Source: Candidatus Iainarchaeum sp.
GTDB taxonomy: Archaea > Iainarchaeota > Iainarchaeia > Iainarchaeales > CSSED10-239
DNA: 10,968 bases
Assembly: GCA_028693335.1 (NCBI GenBank)
Contig: JAQUVR010000016.1
Location: 1 to 10,968, forward strand
Reading direction: 5' to 3'
Shown: one piece after another, positions 7,659-10,968 of the stretch
How the letters are laid out: each line of letters starts with the position of its first letter
Position numbering within the stretch: position 1 is the first letter of the stretch
Translations under genes and position numbers: made by a program
The notes under the pieces: model-generated
Told to the model about the DNA's origin: nothing
What the model saw: the letters and a program-made list of their open reading frames with translations, nothing else
Databases searched by the model: none

Positions 7659-7853
7659 ATGAAACTGCATACTCAGATCATAGAAAAAGAAGGAAAGAAA
7701 GAATTTGTTGTAATACCTGTCAAAGAATTCAAGATATTAGAAGAAATGATAGAAGATTACGAAGACCTTAGAGACTTAAGAGAAGCAAAAGCAAGCTCAA
7801 AAGGCGAAAAGGCAGTTCCTATTAAAAAGGTAATAAAAAGCCTGAAACTGTAA
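7659..7853 (+). CDS. Phd/YefM- or RelB-like type II antitoxin-like small protein
   Basis: 64 aa. KEFVVIPVKEFKILEEMIEDYEDLRDLREAKASSKGEKAVPIKKV matches the common short-antitoxin pattern (a strand, then an acidic EDxEDL helix, then a C-terminal tail). Confidence 0.6.
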   Translation: MKLHTQIIEKEGKKEFVVIPVKEFKILEEMIEDYEDLRDLREAKASSKGEKAVPIKKVIKSLKL

Positions 7854-7867
7854 TTAATATAGCCTAG

Positions 7868-7957
7868 ATGGAAATTCATAAAGAAGACCTGCAGGCTGAT
7901 TGGGATTTAGCAGTTAATGGTAAAACATCATTTCTGATAACGAGGTTAGACCAATGA
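7868..7957 (+). CDS. 29-codon ORF between the antitoxin-like gene and DUF2442 (doubtful)
   Basis: MEIHKEDLQADWDLAVNGKTSFLITRLDQ. Its TGA overlaps the next ATG (ATGA at 7954-7957). It sits where a toxin gene would be expected but is too short, and I do not recognise it. Confidence 0.2.
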   Translation: MEIHKEDLQADWDLAVNGKTSFLITRLDQ

Positions 7958-8193
7958 GAATAAAAAAAATTGAAGCTATGTCAAATTATATCCTGAGGAT
8001 CGAATCTGAGGGAGGTCAGATCGGAGATTTTGATGTTAAGCCTTACTTGGCTTATGAAGCTTTTATTTATTTAAAAGACATTGACCATTTCATGCGCGTC
8101 AGAAACGGCGGATATTACATAGAGTGGGACTGCGGTGCTGATCTTTCTGCCGATACTATTGAAGCAAAATGGAAAGTGCTCGTATCGGAATAA
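7954..8193 (+). CDS. DUF2442-family small protein
   Basis: 79 aa, with GAGG 7 nt upstream. The pattern ...NYILRIESEGGQIGDFDVKPYL...F..LKD...F..V...G..IEW.CGADLSADTI is typical of DUF2442. Confidence 0.65.
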   Translation: MRIKKIEAMSNYILRIESEGGQIGDFDVKPYLAYEAFIYLKDIDHFMRVRNGGYYIEWDCGADLSADTIEAKWKVLVSE

Positions 8194-8233
8194 CTAGCTC
8201 AATTGCTGTAAATGATCACTGCTTTCTGCAAAA

Positions 8234-9124
8234 TTATTCTTCGTCATCTTTTTCAGTCTTATCTAAAAAGTTATTTTCCTTACCGGTTAACAAGGTCTTT
8301 GCATTTTCCGGGCTTACTATACTTTCACCTGTCTGCTTTTCGATTTCTATTCTTGCCTGCTTTGCCGCAAATCCGCCCTTTTTTGCAACTTCAACATTTT
8401 CATGAAAACCATCCGGTTTCTGCTTTTTAGATATTTCTGAAGTCGAAGCTTCCGCAAGCATATTTAAAACCAGTTCAAGGTTAGTCATATTGTCTCTCAA
8501 GTTTTCTTTCTTGAGATTCTTCAGCTTTTTATATTGCTTTACCGATTTATCTGACCACGCTTTTGTAATCTCATCTGTCAAAATAGCATAATCCTGCTCT
8601 TTCTTCATTCCTCTTTCTTTCCACTCATCAGTAAGCTCTTTCCTGACTTCAATACTCTTTAACCTCTGATTGATCCATTCCTTAGAATACCCTTTCTGTA
8701 AATAGGTTTTCATAGCTCTGTCGAATGAAAGTTCAGGATCTTCAATTTCGTCTATTCTTTCTCTTCCAACTTGAGCTAACCATAACTTGAACGGTTCTGC
8801 TTTCGGAGACGGAACAGACTGAATAAGCCTGAACAGTTGCTCGGTATCAGCGACATCGGTAAGCCTCATTTTGCCGTCAGCAGCCATCATTTTCAAACTG
8901 TGACAATTTGTCACGGTTTCATTTCCCTCTTTTTTCAACCGTTCTTTCAATTTACGCCAATATGCACCTGAGTCAATACTTTCAGTAAGCACTTCGATCA
9001 CATCAATAATAGAAAAATACCACTGTTCATTATCTTCGTCCCAGTGGCGACGGACTTGTTTTTGATTGAATAAGATTATTGAGTTTGAGTTTTTCATTGT
9101 ATGTTTAAGCTCCTTTATTAACAT
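8234..9124 (-). CDS. Bro-N domain / DinD-like (phage antirepressor-like) protein
   Basis: WYFSIIDVIEVLTES...YWRKLKERLKKEG...LKMMAADGKMRLTDVADTEQLFRLIQSVPSPKAEPFKLWLAQVGRERIDE is the widespread Bro-N-type N-terminal module. The C-terminal half (...NLELVLNMLAEASTSEISKK...AKKGGFAAKQARIEIEKQTG) resembles the DinD C-terminal region. The track start at 9145 is a TTG. I prefer the first ATG at 9124 (AGGGGTGAAA upstream); 9097 is an alternative. Confidence 0.8.
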   Translation of the reverse strand: MLIKELKHTMKNSNSIILFNQKQVRRHWDEDNEQWYFSIIDVIEVLTESIDSGAYWRKLKERLKKEGNETVTNCHSLKMMAADGKMRLTDVADTEQLFRLIQSVPSPKAEPFKLWLAQVGRERIDEIEDPELSFDRAMKTYLQKGYSKEWINQRLKSIEVRKELTDEWKERGMKKEQDYAILTDEITKAWSDKSVKQYKKLKNLKKENLRDNMTNLELVLNMLAEASTSEISKKQKPDGFHENVEVAKKGGFAAKQARIEIEKQTGESIVSPENAKTLLTGKENNFLDKTEKDDEE

Positions 9125-9144
9125 TTTCACCCCTAAAGCCTTCA

Positions 9145-9220
9145 ACGGTCATGGCTAAAAGCACCACACAAGTCACAATGAACCAGTCAGTTTCATGTAG
9201 CCAATGTTGTCTGGTTGTTG
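9145..9220. repeat. Repeat E, copy 2
   Basis: See copy 1. It sits between the stop of the FGE-domain gene and the start of the intact Bro-N gene. Confidence 0.6.
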
Positions 9221-9270
9221 TTATAAATATCGTTAATTGCCTAAGCTACACAAGTTAGAATGAAATACTA

Positions 9271-10431
9271 TCATGGTGTTCTCACAATCCGAAAGCCCAA
9301 GTCGTAAGTGCTGCTGTTCGGGCTGAAGTATTTGTAGCGATAAGCAACACGACAGGTGCTGGTACTACTGGCCCAACCACCACCATGTAGAACACGATTA
9401 GTCCCATTAGTAGGTCCATAAGGGTCAGTCACTGTTCCCAGATCATTACAAGTAGTGTAATAACTGCTTCCATACCAATCCCAACACCATTCATATAAAT
9501 TTCCAGTCATGTCATAAATTTCAAGCTGATTAGGTGCTTTTGTACCAGTGGGTTTTGAACCGTAGGGATTATTATTCTCGGTATACCAAGCAACTGTACT
9601 AACTGTATCGCTACCGCTGTAACGATAATCGTCAGTATGATGACTACCACCTCTCGCAGCATACTCCCACTCTGCTTCTGTAGGTAGTCTGTAGCCATTG
9701 GCAGACCAGTTACATTCTACAGCATTCCATGTAGAGTCTGAACTAGTCGGCACCGTTCCCCAGATATCTGGATCTGTTGAACTATTTATAGTATAACACG
9801 GAGTGATGCCTTCGGCTATGCTCCTTTTATTACAATAAACCATTATTTCATACCAACATACAGAGTAAGCCGGATAATTGTCACCCGTTCCGTAAGAACT
9901 CCAATCCTTAGCAGGCATATAAATAGTCCATTCAGACTGTGTTACCTCGCATACTCCCATGTAAAAATCACTAACTGTCACACTATGTAAAGGTGTTTCA
10001 TCAATAGAACCTTCGTTAAAATGATCACCCATCTGGTATGTACCTCCTTGAACAAAGACCATCTCAAGGGAGTCTGTTACAGTTATTACTTTGCTATCTG
10101 TATCTGAATCCTGCCCATCGCTAACTGTAACCGTAATTGTATAAGTATAGTTGGTATTTGGAGCTGTCCAAACTGTACTTGAACCAGTTGTTGTAGAAAG
10201 ATCACCACCTGTCGATATCCAGCTGTAGGTCAAACTATCTCCATCATCGTCTGTTGCGCTACAGCTTAAATCTACTGTTCCACCTTGCTGAACAGATGTC
10301 GCCGATGCTGTCATACTGTTAATCAACGGAGTATTGTTTGTCGGTTCTGTACCTCCGTCATCATCAGAGCATGACAAAAAAATCATTCCTAGTAGCATAA
10401 AAGTAAGTAAGATAGGTATCCATTTTTTCAT
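9271..10431 (-). CDS. Lipoprotein with a PKD-like Ig domain and a C-terminal formylglycine-generating-enzyme (SUMF1/FGE-sulfatase, C-type-lectin fold) domain
   Basis: Preferred start is the ATG at 10431, 6 nt after AAGGAG, giving MKKWIPILLTFMLLGMIFLSC (lipobox). PKD-like segment: SATDDDGDSLTYSWISTGGDL...WTAPNTNYTYTITVTVSDGQDSD. FGE-domain hallmarks: MVFVQGGTYQMGD, ETPLHSVTVSDFYMGVCEVTQSEW, GYRLPTEAEWEYAARGG, YDMTGNLYEWCWDWY, RVLHGGGW and LGFRIVR. Confidence 0.85.
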   Translation of the reverse strand: MKKWIPILLTFMLLGMIFLSCSDDDGGTEPTNNTPLINSMTASATSVQQGGTVDLSCSATDDDGDSLTYSWISTGGDLSTTTGSSTVWTAPNTNYTYTITVTVSDGQDSDTDSKVITVTDSLEMVFVQGGTYQMGDHFNEGSIDETPLHSVTVSDFYMGVCEVTQSEWTIYMPAKDWSSYGTGDNYPAYSVCWYEIMVYCNKRSIAEGITPCYTINSSTDPDIWGTVPTSSDSTWNAVECNWSANGYRLPTEAEWEYAARGGSHHTDDYRYSGSDTVSTVAWYTENNNPYGSKPTGTKAPNQLEIYDMTGNLYEWCWDWYGSSYYTTCNDLGTVTDPYGPTNGTNRVLHGGGWASSTSTCRVAYRYKYFSPNSSTYDLGFRIVRTP

Positions 10432-10523
10432 TTTGTTCTCCTTAGATTTAAATATCTTAGTTAAGCTTAGGCACATCTTTTATCCATAATATTTTGTAAC
10501 AATTGCACCTGACGTGCGGCTAA

Positions 10524-10547
10524 GCTAAGCGAATGGTTTCGTTTAGC
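10524..10547 (+). other. Conserved leader hairpin, second copy (10-bp stem)
   Basis: gctaagcgaa-tggt-ttcgtttagc, with the same G-T position as in copy 1. Confidence 0.4.
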
Positions 10548-10664
10548 CTCGACGTTTGAACCTATTTCAAGAAGCTATACGCCACAGCGGTGCTTTTTTC
10601 TACTGTATGCGAAAGAGCCTCATGAGTTTACCGTGTTCGATCTTTATTATTATCTCAGTCAGAA

Positions 10665-10693
10665 AAATTATGATAATTTAATTATGATGTCAA
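10665..10693 (-). promoter_or_regulatory. Candidate promoter A (TTGACA, 17 nt, TAATTT) upstream of the FGE-domain gene
   Basis: Starts 33 nt downstream of the mntP stop on the minus strand and is followed by a leader of about 230 nt. Confidence 0.5.
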
Positions 10694-10726
10694 CGGGTTT
10701 CTTATTTTTCTTTATCTGAAGATAAA

Positions 10727-10968
10727 TTACATTAGTCCGTCAGCGAGGATCTTGAGGCCGATGAGGATGAGTACAATGCCGCCGACGAGTTCGGCGCTCT
10801 GTCCCAGCCTTCTGCCGGCGCGCTTGCCGATGTTGACGCCGACGAGAGATATGACGAAGGTGGTGCATGCGATCAGGACGGCGGGATAGTATATCTCAAC
10901 ATCAAGAATAAGTATGCTTAAGCCGGCAGCGAGGGCATCTATGCTGGTCGCTACAGCCATAACGAGCA
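10727..10968 (-). CDS. mntP: Manganese efflux pump MntP, C-terminal part (gene continues past the right window edge)
   Basis: AVATSIDALAAGLS...GVNIGKRAGRRLGQSAELVGGIVLILIGLKIL matches the second repeat of the MntP/DUF204 family (compare E. coli MntP AVATSIDAMAVG...[20 protein letters not shown]). The frame stays open upstream of the tracked Met to base 10968. GC-rich. Confidence 0.85.
   Translation of the reverse strand, partial: LVMAVATSIDALAAGLSILILDVEIYYPAVLIACTTFVISLVGVNIGKRAGRRLGQSAELVGGIVLILIGLKILADGLM

Larger units (their letters stand above)
511..10726. mobile_element. Composite AT-rich genomic island between two GC-rich chromosomal genes, abutting the mntP stop codon; no recombinase gene inside
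   Basis: Composition switches abruptly near 510 and 10726. Junction sequences are duplicated internally, including a displaced copy of the mntP 3' end at 7517-7573. Gene content is phage/island-type (two Bro-N copies, an antitoxin-like gene, DUF2442). Confidence 0.7.
10516..10783. repeat. Long direct repeat R, copy 2 (leader, promoter A, core, authentic mntP 3' end)
   Basis: See copy 1. This copy has a single leader unit. Confidence 0.9.

Noticed and set aside
9181-9216. Compensatory hairpin in repeat E (AACCAG...CTGGTT in copy 2 against ACACGG...TTGTGT in copy 1)
   Set aside because: Both copies can fold around the conserved tagccaatgtt, but the 3' arm is shifted by several nt and copy 1 needs two G-T pairs. 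That is too weak to count as covariation.
9145-9270. DGR template repeat or IMH just downstream of the FGE-domain gene (the ggttgttgtt run at 9213-9222)
   Set aside because: The flanking sequence has no similarity to the invariant scaffold of the putative variable region (ggtggttgg..., ...ttgggctttcgg). It belongs to repeat E.
1684-9698. Short ORFs 1684..1884, 3390..3596, 3922..4176, 6938..7165, 8169..8405, 8212..8430 and 9507..9698
   Set aside because: Each lies within, or largely overlaps, a longer and better-supported ORF on the opposite strand (or, for 9507..9698, in another frame), and each gives a low-complexity translation.
1-10968. CRISPR array, integron attC sites, tRNA/tmRNA integration target, IS element or transposase, integrase
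   Set aside because: There are no regularly spaced short repeats with unique spacers. Repeats E and A/B lack the RYYYAAC/GTTRRRY attC boundaries. I saw no cloverleaf or T-loop-like sequence. No ORF shows recombinase or transposase motifs, and no terminal inverted repeats were found.

Overview
Two GC-rich minus-strand chromosomal genes flank a strongly AT-rich insert of about 10.2 kb (roughly 511-10726). The left gene (1-523) is the 5' part of a signal-peptide protein and is missing from the ORF track because it runs off the window. The right gene (10727-10968) is the 3' part of an MntP-type manganese exporter. Almost everything in the insert is read on the minus strand, co-directional with both flanks. 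Duplicated junction sequences split the insert into three modules. Module I (about 625-4982) is a tightly coupled envelope-protein operon: a lipoprotein, a zinc-ribbon membrane protein, a 453-aa unknown protein and a coiled-coil lipoprotein. Module II (about 5081-7515) holds a decayed Bro-N pseudogene, a roughly 70-bp repeat and an overlapping pair of a secreted protein and a 263-aa protein with a possible HEPN-like motif. Module III (about 7574-10725) holds an antitoxin-like gene, a DUF2442 gene, an intact Bro-N/DinD-like gene, the same repeat, and a PKD plus FGE/SUMF1 lipoprotein. Modules II and III share one architecture of conserved promoter/leader, variable cargo, short repeat and Bro-N gene. 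Module III is bracketed by imperfect direct repeats of about 300 bp whose perfect 43-bp core is the last 13 codons plus stop of mntP. I found no integrase, transposase, reverse transcriptase, CRISPR array, tRNA or rRNA. The points most worth follow-up are the recombinase-less tandem array of att-like flanked modules downstream of mntP, the cassette-like variable-cargo slots, and the C-terminus of the FGE-fold protein, which resembles a diversity-generating-retroelement variable region although no template repeat or RT is in the window. All family calls rest on motif recognition by eye; no searches were run.
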